From IMG/VR virus record IMGVR_UViG_3300045988_076101: a stretch of DNA of 36,921 nt; one strand, written 5' to 3'. Position numbers and translations under genes: made by a program. Under the pieces are notes generated by a model that was not told the origin of the DNA, searched no databases, and worked only from the letters and a program-made list of their open reading frames with translations. This DNA comes from a virus. Of the stretch, positions 19,587-28,059 are shown piece by piece (within the stretch, counting starts at the first letter, position 1; each line of letters begins with the position of its first letter).

Positions 19587-19627
19587 TAGACACATGAGTG
19601 TGTTTGTTGCTGGCCCCGGCTCTTTTT
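19571..19627 (+). terminator. Strong Rho-independent terminator
   Basis: gagccggggccag (19571-19583) pairs with ctggccccggctc (19610-19622), followed by tttttcgttt. Confidence 0.8.
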
Positions 19628-19691
19628 CGTTTCCCGGACAGCGCCGAGGCGATAGCCGGCGCACGGGAAAGAAAGGGTCGGGTGTCCGCGT

Positions 19692-20006
19692 ATGAGTCAA
19701 TCCTGGGCAAGAGGGTTCTACTCCGGCAAGGCATGGCTGCGCTGCCGTGCGGCGTTCATCGCCAAGCGCCGAGCGATCGACGGCGGGATGTGTATGGACT
19801 GCGGCGAGAGGCTCGGCTACATCGCGCATCACTGGCCGGTCATGCTGACGGCCGAGACCGTCAACGATCCGGACATCGCGCTTAACCACGCGAATCTACG
19901 GTGGGTCTGCAAAGAGTGCCACGACAAGTATCCCGGGCACGGCGTTGCGCCGTCGCTCGCGCCGCTGATCCGCTTCGACGCTGACGGCGACCCTATCCCC
20001 CCGTAA
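19692..20006 (+). CDS. HNH endonuclease (packaging-associated)
   Basis: GYIAHHWPV...ALNHANLRWVCKECHDK. Located immediately upstream of the terminase genes. Confidence 0.85.
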   Translation: MSQSWARGFYSGKAWLRCRAAFIAKRRAIDGGMCMDCGERLGYIAHHWPVMLTAETVNDPDIALNHANLRWVCKECHDKYPGHGVAPSLAPLIRFDADGDPIPP

Positions 20007-20164
20007 TTTTTCTGCGGCTTCAGCCGCTCCTGACCGCCGCCCAGCATCGGGAGAATACACAGGGTCGCGCAAGGCCCCCCACCGAAAGCGCAAAAATCGG
20101 GCAGAAGAAAAATATCAACAAAGACCCCGCGCACATGAGGAAAAGCCGCGAAAGGAGGGCGAAA

Positions 20165-20542
20165 ATGGGACGAAATGCAAAGCCAAAGACCAAAGCTGAC
20201 CGGATAAAAGCCGAGAAAAAACGGCTTGAATCCATCTACCAGGACATAGACCCCGTTCGCCAGAAGCTCGCCGCTCCGCTCATCGAGCGCGCCGCTTTCA
20301 TGCGCATCGAGTGCGAGGATCTCGAAGCCGACATCAAGGAGAACGGCTGGACGGAAATGTTTACCCAGTCGGCCAACGTCGAGCCTTATGCCCGTGCCCG
20401 TCCGCAGGGGCAGAGTTATCAGAGTTTGAACGGGAACTACCAGAAGATCATCCGGCAGCTCGACTCCATGCTCCCCGCCGTTGCCGGCAACAGCGAGGAC
20501 GACGGCTTCGGCAGTTTTGTCACGGGGCGTGATGACCCGTGA
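20165..20542 (+). CDS. terS: Terminase small subunit (P27-family-like)
   Basis: SD aaaggaggg upstream of ATG 20165. MGRNAKPKTK N-terminus. Position upstream of, and overlapping, terL. Confidence 0.7.
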   Translation: MGRNAKPKTKADRIKAEKKRLESIYQDIDPVRQKLAAPLIERAAFMRIECEDLEADIKENGWTEMFTQSANVEPYARARPQGQSYQSLNGNYQKIIRQLDSMLPAVAGNSEDDGFGSFVTGRDDP

Positions 20543-22284
20543 CAAAGCGCAGGTCGTATCCCCTCACTTTCGCCCCGATACGCGAGTACTGGGCGAAAAT
20601 CGAGAGCGGGCAGGAAGTCGTCTCGCAGAAGATCTACCGGACCTACCGGCACATAGTCCGCCGCATGGACGGAGAATGCTCGGAGTATTTCTACGACCCG
20701 CGGCGCGCTAACCACGTGATCGAGTTCGTCGAGAACTACTGCCGGCACTCCAAGGGCAAGCTCGGCGGTCAGCTCATTCAGCTTGAGCTTTGGGAAAAAG
20801 CGATGCTCGCGACGGTGTTCGGCTTCGTCGACATCGAGGGCAACCGCCAGTACCGCGAGGCGATCCTGATCGTCGGCAAGAAGAACGGCAAGAGCCTGCT
20901 CGCCTCGGCGATAGGCCTGTACATGCAGCTTGCCGATTCTGAGCCCGGCCCGGAGGTCTATGCAGTCGCTACCAAGCGAGACCAGGCTAAAATCATCTGG
21001 TCCGAGGCAAAGCGCATGGTGCAGAAGTCCCCGACGCTGCTCAAGCGTGTGCGGCCGCTCGTCGGCGAGATCGCCAGCGACTACAACGACGGCGTATTCA
21101 AACCGCTGTCCTCCGACAGCGACACGCTGGACGGCCTCAACGTTCATTGCGCGCTGCTCGACGAGATTCACCAGTGGAAGAACGGGCGGCAGCTGTACGA
21201 CATCATCGCCGACGGTATGTCCGCCCGCGAGCAGCCGCTGCTGTTCATCACCTCGACCGCCGGCAAGATTCGTGAGGATCTGTACGACGAGAAGTACGAG
21301 GAGATAGAGCGGGTCATTAACGGCTATGACGATCCTGACGGCTATCACGACGACCGCCTCATCGCGTTCGTCTACGAGCTCGACGCCCGTGCGGAGTGGA
21401 CAGACCCCGCCTGCTGGAAAAAGGCCAATCCCGGCCTCGGCACCACCAAGAGCTACAGAACGCTTGCAGAGAAGGTCGAGAAGGCCAAGGCAAACCCCGC
21501 GCTTGTCAAGAATCTGGTCTGTAAGGAGTTTAACATCCGCGAGACTAGCTCCGAGGCGTGGCTCACCTTTGAGGAGCTCGACTGCCGCGACACGTACAAG
21601 CTCAACCCCTCGGAGCGGATCTTCGTCTGGGTGCATGACGGCGTTGAAGAGGTGCTGCCGTATCCGACCTACGGTATCGGCGGCGTTGACCTGTCGAGCA
21701 CGACCGACCTCACGGCCGCCCGTGTCATCTTCCAGGTTCCCGGGTGTGAGAAGATCTTCTCGATCTCTATGTACTGGCTGGCCGAGGATCTTCTCACCAA
21801 GCGAGTCAACGAGGACAAGATCCCGTATGACAAGTGGCTCGACCGCGGGCTGGTTCAGCTCAGCCCCGGCAACCACGTTCACGCGAAGTACGTCAAGGAG
21901 TGGTTTGTCTACGTTCAGGAGGAACTGGACATCTACATCCCCTACGTCGGATACGACAGCTGGAGCGCGACCTACTTCGTTGAGGACATGGCCGACTACT
22001 TCGGCAAGATGTCAATGATCCCGGTCGTGCAGGGTAAGAAGACGCTCAGTGAGCCGATGAAGCGCCTCGGCAATGACCTCGGCAGCAAGCGCATCATCTA
22101 CAACAACAATCCGATCGACAAGTGGTGCCTGGCGAATACGGCTTACGACGAGGACGTTAACGGCAACATTCAGCCGCATAAGACCAGCAAGCCGACCCGC
22201 CGCATTGACGGCACGGCTGCACTGCTGGACGCGTACACCGTGTTCCTGGACAAGCAGGACGAATACCGCGACCTAATCGCATAG
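20539..22284 (+). CDS. terL: Terminase large subunit (Terminase_1-like)
   Basis: 581 aa. Walker A-like ILIVGKKNGKSLL. GTG start overlaps the terS stop. Confidence 0.9.
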   Translation: MTKRRSYPLTFAPIREYWAKIESGQEVVSQKIYRTYRHIVRRMDGECSEYFYDPRRANHVIEFVENYCRHSKGKLGGQLIQLELWEKAMLATVFGFVDIEGNRQYREAILIVGKKNGKSLLASAIGLYMQLADSEPGPEVYAVATKRDQAKIIWSEAKRMVQKSPTLLKRVRPLVGEIASDYNDGVFKPLSSDSDTLDGLNVHCALLDEIHQWKNGRQLYDIIADGMSAREQPLLFITSTAGKIREDLYDEKYEEIERVINGYDDPDGYHDDRLIAFVYELDARAEWTDPACWKKANPGLGTTKSYRTLAEKVEKAKANPALVKNLVCKEFNIRETSSEAWLTFEELDCRDTYKLNPSERIFVWVHDGVEEVLPYPTYGIGGVDLSSTTDLTAARVIFQVPGCEKIFSISMYWLAEDLLTKRVNEDKIPYDKWLDRGLVQLSPGNHVHAKYVKEWFVYVQEELDIYIPYVGYDSWSATYFVEDMADYFGKMSMIPVVQGKKTLSEPMKRLGNDLGSKRIIYNNNPIDKWCLANTAYDEDVNGNIQPHKTSKPTRRIDGTAALLDAYTVFLDKQDEYRDLIA

Positions 22285-22295
22285 GGAGTGATGCT

Positions 22296-23477
22296 TTGAG
22301 CATATTCGACAGATTTATAAATAAGACAATTTCCCGCGTCGACCTTGTGACTGAGCGCGGCAACGGCTTCTTTGCCTGGAACGGCAAAGCTTACCAAAGC
22401 GACATTGTCCTCTCAGCCATTCGGCAGGACGTGAAAGCCGTCGGCAAGCTGACGCCGAAGCACGTCCGGGAAAGCTTCACCGCCGACGGCAAGCGCAAGA
22501 TCGACATAAATCCGGAGCCTTACATCCGGTTCCTGCTTGAGGAGCCGAACCCGTGGATGACGGGCTCGGTGTTCCGCGAGAAGCTGATGACTCAGCTCAA
22601 GCTCAACCAGAACGCTTTCGCGCTGATCCTGCGCGATGACAACGGGCTGCCGGTCAATATCTATCCGATATCGGCCTCCGGATGCGAGGCCATTTACGAC
22701 CGCAGCGGTGAGCTGTTCCTCAAGTTCTTTTTCAACAACGGCAAAATTTTTACCTTCAGGTACACGGACGTGATTCACCTGCGGGATAACTTCCACAAGG
22801 ATGACATCTTCGGGACGCCGATATTTCCGGCGCTCGAACCGCTGATGCAGATCGTGTCCGTCACCGACCAGGGCATTGTCAAGGCCGTCAAAAACAGCTC
22901 GGTCATCCGCTGGCTGCTGAAGCTCAACAGCTCGATGCGGAAGAAGGACGTTGAAGAGCAGGCGAACAGCTTCGCCAAGGCGTTCCTCGACGTCGAGAAC
23001 GGCCGAGGAGTGGCCGCCGTCGACGCGAAGGCGGACGCCGTACAGGTCAATCCGACCGACTACGTGCCGAACGCCGCGCAGATGGACCGAACCACGAAGC
23101 GCATTTATTCGCTTTTCGGGACTAATCAGAAGGTCGTTGACACCTCACGCAGCGAGGCCGAGTGGGGCGCACACTTCGACAGCGAGGTCGAGTGGGTGCA
23201 GAACCAGCTCAGCGAGGAGTTTACCCGGAAGCTGTTTTCCCGCAAGGCGCGAGCCTTCGGGAACAAGATCGTATTCGAGGCAAGCGCATGGGACTGCGCC
23301 AGCATGCAAACCAAGCTCAATCTCGTTTCACTCGTCGACCGCGGCGCTCTGACGCCGAACGAGTGGCGCGCTGCGTTCAACCTCGCGCCAGTCGACGGCG
23401 GCGATGAACCGATACGGCGTCTTGACACCGCGCCGACAAAGCAAATAGGAGAGGAGGCATCATCCGGTGAGAATTGA
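22296..23477 (+). CDS. Portal protein (HK97 family)
   Basis: 393 aa with a TTG start after gggagtg. Position after terL and a general HK97-portal sequence pattern. Confidence 0.85.
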   Translation: MSIFDRFINKTISRVDLVTERGNGFFAWNGKAYQSDIVLSAIRQDVKAVGKLTPKHVRESFTADGKRKIDINPEPYIRFLLEEPNPWMTGSVFREKLMTQLKLNQNAFALILRDDNGLPVNIYPISASGCEAIYDRSGELFLKFFFNNGKIFTFRYTDVIHLRDNFHKDDIFGTPIFPALEPLMQIVSVTDQGIVKAVKNSSVIRWLLKLNSSMRKKDVEEQANSFAKAFLDVENGRGVAAVDAKADAVQVNPTDYVPNAAQMDRTTKRIYSLFGTNQKVVDTSRSEAEWGAHFDSEVEWVQNQLSEEFTRKLFSRKARAFGNKIVFEASAWDCASMQTKLNLVSLVDRGALTPNEWRAAFNLAPVDGGDEPIRRLDTAPTKQIGEEASSGEN

Positions 23478-24144
23478 TGTAAAGGGCACCATCGTTAGCA
23501 GCGATGAGGCCTGGATCTACGATTGGTTCGGAATCGAGAACACGAGCCCGAAGCCAATCAGGGACGCTCTGGCGAGGGCCAGAGGCGAGCCCGTTGACGT
23601 CTACATAAACTCCGGCGGCGGCGATATCTTCGCCGGGTCGGAAATATACTCTGAGCTCAGAGCCTACAAAGGGCCGGTCGCATTGCATGTGACCGGCCTT
23701 GCTGCATCTGCGGCCTCGGTGATCGCCTGTGCAGGCCCGTCGGACATCTCGCCGACGGGGATGGTCATGGTACATAACGTGTCCGGCAGCGCTGCCGGGG
23801 ACTACCACACCATGGACAAGCACAGCGACGTCCTCCGCAAGGCGAACGAGACGATTGCCGCCGCCTATGTGGAGAAAACCGGCATGACGCTTGATGCGGC
23901 ACTGAAGCTCATGGACGAGGAGACGTGGCTCTCCGCAGCTGACGCTGTGGAAAAAGGTCTGATCGACAAGGTCAGCGAGCCCGCCGTCCGCATCACAGCC
24001 GCCTGCTGCACGGTGCTGCCGGCGGAAGTGATCAACAAAATGCGCAACTCGATCAAACCGCCCGAGGGCGAGCCCGCGGACGATCTGATAAAAGCCAAGG
24101 CCAAACTCAAATTTTATGAACTGAAAGGAAGATCTCTCACATGA
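23467..24144 (+). CDS. Prohead protease, ClpP/S14 type
   Basis: YINSGGGDIFAGSEIY...GLAASAASVIACAG...MVMVHN. Confidence 0.85.
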   Translation: MRIDVKGTIVSSDEAWIYDWFGIENTSPKPIRDALARARGEPVDVYINSGGGDIFAGSEIYSELRAYKGPVALHVTGLAASAASVIACAGPSDISPTGMVMVHNVSGSAAGDYHTMDKHSDVLRKANETIAAAYVEKTGMTLDAALKLMDEETWLSAADAVEKGLIDKVSEPAVRITAACCTVLPAEVINKMRNSIKPPEGEPADDLIKAKAKLKFYELKGRSLT

Positions 24145-25355
24145 AGAAAGAAATTTATCTCCAGAAGCGCGGCGAGCTTATGAATCAGGCCCAGCAGCTT
24201 CTGGACGCCGGTGATACCGAGAAGTTCGAGGATGTCACCAAGCAGATCGAAAAACTCGACAACGAGTACGAAGAGTCCAGCAAGCGCCAGGCGAACCTTG
24301 ACGCGCTCAAGGACCGTGTCGCCGGCCCTGACTTCGCCGCCGCTGCCGCTAACCCGCAGTTCGGCAACGTGGTCGGCCGCTACGAGCAGGGCGCGCCCGA
24401 CGATATGTACGACTCCGCCGAGTATAAGGCGGCGTTCCAGGCATACGTTTGCCGCGGCGTTCCCATCCCGGCGAAGTTCTCCAACGCCGACCAGAACACC
24501 AAAACCAGCGATGCGTCCGTAGTCATTCCGACCACGACCGTCCAGAAGATCTATGAGGCGATGGAGCGCGTCGGCAACATCCTGCTGCTCGTCACCCGCA
24601 CGAACTTTGCCGGCGGCATGTCCGTGCCCACCTCCAGCGTCAAGCCGACTGCGACGTGGGTCGCCGAAGGCGCAGGCTCCGACACCCAGAAGAAGACCGT
24701 CTCTTATATCTCGTTCTCTTACCACAAGCTGCGCTGCGCAGTCCGTGTCAGCTACGAGATGGATAACATGGCTTACGGTTTCTTCGAGGCACAGCTGGCG
24801 CAGAACGTTGCCGAGGCGATCGTCAAGGCCGAGGAGACCGCCATCTTTAAGGGCACCGGCAGCGGCCAGCCCAAGGGCTTCCTGACCGAGACCGCCACGG
24901 GCAACATCGACATCGCCAACACCAAGCACATCTCTTACGCCGACCTTTGCAAGGCCGAAGGCCTTGAGGAAGACGACGAGGCCATCTGGGTTATGACCAA
25001 GGCGACCTTTATGAACGAGATTCAGGGCATGGTCGATACCGACGGTCAGCCCGTCGCCCGCGTCAACTACGGCCTCAACGGCAAGCCCGAGTACTACATC
25101 TTCGGCCGCCGCGTCGAGATTGTCAACAAGGCTTACATGGATGACGCGAACCCTAACCCGACCGCCGACACCATCTGCGCCGCGCTCTACAACTTCCGCA
25201 ACTACATTTTCAACAGCGGCGTCGCACTGCGCTTCCGCCGCTACACCGACGACAAGACCGACGATGAAGTTACCGTCGCGATTGAGGTCTGCGACGGCAG
25301 GAGCGTCCAGAATCAGAGCCTTATCACGCTGACCAACAAGAAGGCGGGCGGCTAA
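24141..25355 (+). CDS. Major capsid protein (HK97 fold, with N-terminal delta/scaffold coiled coil)
   Basis: 404 aa. Coiled-coil N-terminus. Position after the protease. Start overlaps the protease stop (ATGA). Confidence 0.9.
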   Translation: MKKEIYLQKRGELMNQAQQLLDAGDTEKFEDVTKQIEKLDNEYEESSKRQANLDALKDRVAGPDFAAAAANPQFGNVVGRYEQGAPDDMYDSAEYKAAFQAYVCRGVPIPAKFSNADQNTKTSDASVVIPTTTVQKIYEAMERVGNILLLVTRTNFAGGMSVPTSSVKPTATWVAEGAGSDTQKKTVSYISFSYHKLRCAVRVSYEMDNMAYGFFEAQLAQNVAEAIVKAEETAIFKGTGSGQPKGFLTETATGNIDIANTKHISYADLCKAEGLEEDDEAIWVMTKATFMNEIQGMVDTDGQPVARVNYGLNGKPEYYIFGRRVEIVNKAYMDDANPNPTADTICAALYNFRNYIFNSGVALRFRRYTDDKTDDEVTVAIEVCDGRSVQNQSLITLTNKKAGG

Positions 25356-25374
25356 TGTGCCCGAATCGGGCACA
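25356..25374. repeat. Palindrome family copy 7 (tGTGCCCGAATCGGGCACa)
   Basis: Starts immediately after the TAA of the capsid gene. Confidence 0.85.
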
Positions 25375-25394
25375 AGTGCGTGGGAGGTGCTTAA

Positions 25395-25691
25395 ATGGCG
25401 ATTCTCGATGATGTAAAGCTCTCCCTCGGCGGGATCTCCCACACAAGGCTCGACAGCGAGATCGAGGCGGCTATAAACGCGGCCTGCCTCGATCTCCACA
25501 TCGGCGGAGCGGAGAGCGTAGACAATGCCTGCAACGCCGACCCCCTCGTCGTACAGGCTATTAAGAACTACTGCCGTTACTGGTTCAACTATCAGGGCAA
25601 CGGCGAGTTCTGGTTCAGCTCATACAAGGCGCTGCGTGATTCGATGGCGCTGTGCGGGCTCTACAACAGGGGTGACGACGATGAAGAGTAA
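25395..25691 (+). CDS. Head-tail connector (gp6-like)
   Basis: 98 aa. The ILDDVKLSLGGIS..LDSEIEAAINAA pattern and its position after the capsid gene. Confidence 0.7.
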   Translation: MAILDDVKLSLGGISHTRLDSEIEAAINAACLDLHIGGAESVDNACNADPLVVQAIKNYCRYWFNYQGNGEFWFSSYKALRDSMALCGLYNRGDDDEE

Positions 25692-25998
25692 CCGGACACC
25701 GTTCACGGATCTGTGCAAGCTTATTGCAGTTAAAAAGACCTACGACGACGCGAACCACTACGAGACGGAGGACGTGCCGACCGAGGTTTTCTGCTCCGTC
25801 TCCCAGGGCGTCGGCCGCACAGAGTTTTACGAGGCTCTCAAAGCCGGCGTCAGGCTGTCCTTGGTCGTGGAGGTCAACGAGTTTGACTACGATGGCCAGA
25901 CCGTGCTTGAGCACGACGGGCACCGGTACAGCATCGAGCGCACGTATCCGACCGGGTACGGCACACTTGAGCTGAGCTGCGCGGAGGTGACGCGATGA
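25681..25998 (+). CDS. Head closure / head-tail adaptor protein
   Basis: ATG 25681 overlaps the upstream gene. Size and position match SPP1 gp16-like proteins. Confidence 0.6.
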   Translation: MKSNRTPFTDLCKLIAVKKTYDDANHYETEDVPTEVFCSVSQGVGRTEFYEALKAGVRLSLVVEVNEFDYDGQTVLEHDGHRYSIERTYPTGYGTLELSCAEVTR

Positions 25999-26330
25999 CG
26001 ATAGACGAACGCATCACCGCGGCCGTGACTCCGGTCGTGCCGGAGGTCGCGCCGCAGATCTATGAGGGCAGCTCCCTCACCTACTGCACCTACAATTATA
26101 CCGAAATGCCCCAGCTGCACAGCTCCGGAAAGCCGAGGCGCATCACCTATCTGTGTCAGCTGCACCTCATGCTCCCGCGTGGCGCTGCTTCCGTGACGCT
26201 CCGCCGTGAGCTCTGCCGGGCGCTGTGGCATGCGGGCTTTACGTGGCCGCAGATCACCGACGCCTACGACGGCGACGGGCAGCACTGGGTGTTTGAGTTC
26301 GAGGGCAAGGAGGCGCTGGGGGATGGCTAA
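25995..26330 (+). CDS. Head-tail joining protein (hypothetical)
   Basis: Translationally coupled ORF in the head-tail joining block. Confidence 0.5.
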   Translation: MTIDERITAAVTPVVPEVAPQIYEGSSLTYCTYNYTEMPQLHSSGKPRRITYLCQLHLMLPRGAASVTLRRELCRALWHAGFTWPQITDAYDGDGQHWVFEFEGKEALGDG

Positions 26331-26802
26331 GTTCTCCTCCGACGTCGGCCAGCTCATGCTGGACATGCAGCAGATCGCAGACATCCCGGAGGACGTGATC
26401 GACGAGATGCTTCAGGCCGGCAGCAAGGTCGGCGTTGAAGCGATGCGCCGGTCGCTGCGCCGGATGGGGCTCGTCAAGACCGGGCAGCTGATGAACAGCA
26501 TCGTTGCAGTGCGCAAGACCGGGAAGGACGGGCGCATCTACTACCGGGCCTATCCGAAAGGGCGGCGAAAATCCGAAAACAGTGCGCTCACAGTTGCCAA
26601 CATCCGCCGCGTCAATCCGCTGCGCAGCCATGCCAAGCCTCCGACCAATAACGAGGTCGGGTTTGTCCTTGAGTTCGGCGCGCCGAAGCGCGGCATTGAG
26701 GCTCGGCAGTGGATGCGCACAGCAAATGAAGAAAGCGCGGACGACGTAGTCGCCGCGGAATTCAAAATTTATGACGATTGGCTCAAATCTAAGGGATTCT
26801 GA
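26323..26802 (+). CDS. HK97 gp10-like tail-completion protein
   Basis: ATG 26323 overlaps the upstream gene. The pattern EMLQAGSKVGVEAMRRSL...KTGQLMNSI is typical of the gp10 family. Confidence 0.6.
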   Translation: MAKFSSDVGQLMLDMQQIADIPEDVIDEMLQAGSKVGVEAMRRSLRRMGLVKTGQLMNSIVAVRKTGKDGRIYYRAYPKGRRKSENSALTVANIRRVNPLRSHAKPPTNNEVGFVLEFGAPKRGIEARQWMRTANEESADDVVAAEFKIYDDWLKSKGF

Positions 26803-26819
26803 GCCGGAAAGGAAAAAAT

Positions 26820-27461
26820 ATGAGCGATGCTCTCAGCAGTAAAAATCTCGTTGTATTCGGTCTGCGTGACATTCTCTTCGGCGAGTACAACTACAACGCC
26901 GAGACCGGGTTGATCACCTACAAGAACCAGAAGATCCTCGGCCGCGGTATTCAGGCCGGGTTTGACCTTAGGTTTGCCGAAGGGCGTCTCTACTCCTCCG
27001 GTGCGCTGAGCCGTTACAGAAAAAAGTGTACCGGCGGCTCGATCTCGCTGGCCGTCGAGGCTTTGACGCTGGCTGTTCAGGCCAGCATGTTCCAGGCCGA
27101 GACCTCAGAGGTCGACATCGGCACTCCGCAGAGCCCGAAGAAAATAACCGGCATCGGCTACAGCGAAAACACCCGCGGCCGCTACCTCGGCATAAGTACC
27201 TATATGCCGGCTGACGACTCCAGCGATTCGGACGCATACGTCTGTATATTCGCCCGTAAATCGCTGTTCGGCCCGCCGAGTATGCAGTACCGCACCGAAG
27301 AAGACAACATCCAGTGGGCTACCCCGACTACTACCGGCGAGTTTATCGCGCCGGATCACCTCACTGGGACGAAGGCTCCTTTGATGGTGGAAATCGCCGA
27401 GGCGTATTCCGATGCTGACGCTCTCGCGTGGTGCAAGAAGCAGCTCCAGATGACGGCGTGA
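26820..27461 (+). CDS. Major tail protein
   Basis: 213 aa, located immediately upstream of the G/GT chaperone pair. Confidence 0.7.
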   Translation: MSDALSSKNLVVFGLRDILFGEYNYNAETGLITYKNQKILGRGIQAGFDLRFAEGRLYSSGALSRYRKKCTGGSISLAVEALTLAVQASMFQAETSEVDIGTPQSPKKITGIGYSENTRGRYLGISTYMPADDSSDSDAYVCIFARKSLFGPPSMQYRTEEDNIQWATPTTTGEFIAPDHLTGTKAPLMVEIAEAYSDADALAWCKKQLQMTA

Positions 27462-27469
27462 GGTGAGTT

Positions 27470-27844
27470 ATGGATATCCGAAACCGAGTAATGTACAAGA
27501 AAATCGGCGATGTGGAGTACGACCTTGTCGCCGATTATAACACCATCGCCGACATTCAGGCGGCTTTCGGTGATCTCAACGTCCTGTTCAATGGCTCCGC
27601 ATATCTTCGCGTCGCGGCGGTCGCACTCACCTCTATGCTCAACGGGTGCGCGCATCGCCATCGCTGGCCGAAGCACTTCGACGTCCTTGACGTGTCACAG
27701 TATATGCCGCCGATCACTGACACCTCTGCCGTGGTTGACGAAGCAATGGACATCGTCATGTTCGTGCGCATGGCACTCGTCGACCCGGATAAGGTCAAGG
27801 CCGCGGCCGAAGCTGAGCCCGAAGGGAGCGCCGAAAAAAACTGA
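27470..27844 (+). CDS. Tail assembly chaperone (gpG-like)
   Basis: 124 aa. Ends ..GSAEKN* right after the slippery A_AAA_AAC. Confidence 0.8.
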   Translation: MDIRNRVMYKKIGDVEYDLVADYNTIADIQAAFGDLNVLFNGSAYLRVAAVALTSMLNGCAHRHRWPKHFDVLDVSQYMPPITDTSAVVDEAMDIVMFVRMALVDPDKVKAAAEAEPEGSAEKN

Positions 27845-28059
27845 GCTCCGGCGCATTGCCGGAGTTCAAAATTGATTTTGCGCAGGCGCTCACCGTCTGG
27901 CTGACGCGGTTCAACGGCACGGAAGAAAGCTTCTGGTATGGGCTCTGCCCGCGCCGCCTGAACGCGCTGTGTGATGCATTGCTCCCGCCGGAGCGCCCCC
28001 AGCCGCTCCAGAACCGCGATAAACCGTCTGCGCGCGAGTTCTTTCTTGGAGGTGTTTAA
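27470..28059 (+). CDS. Tail assembly chaperone G-T fusion via -1 programmed frameshift at 27835-27841
   Basis: The heptamer A AAA AAC lies in the zero frame. The -1 frame is open from 27841 (ctg agc tcc...) to TAA 28057-28059 and abuts the tape-measure start. Confidence 0.75.

Noticed and set aside
20437-21882. 481-codon ORF on the minus strand, antisense to the terminase large subunit. Similar long antisense ORFs lie at 24114..25499 (capsid), 15205..16029 (parB), 2114..2839, 9891..10511 and 25887..26384.
   Set aside because: - They are shadow ORFs, typical of GC-rich genes with G/C-ending codons.
- Their translations are Arg/Gly/Ala/Leu-rich and low in complexity, and they lack SD sequences.
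- The sense-strand products have clear family motifs.
888-25374. The GTGCCCGAWTCGGGCAC palindromes interpreted as ordinary Rho-independent terminators.
   Set aside because: - None is followed by a U tract.
- The stems are short.
- Two copies lie inside the parB-like coding sequence.
- The arm sequence is conserved rather than merely complementary.
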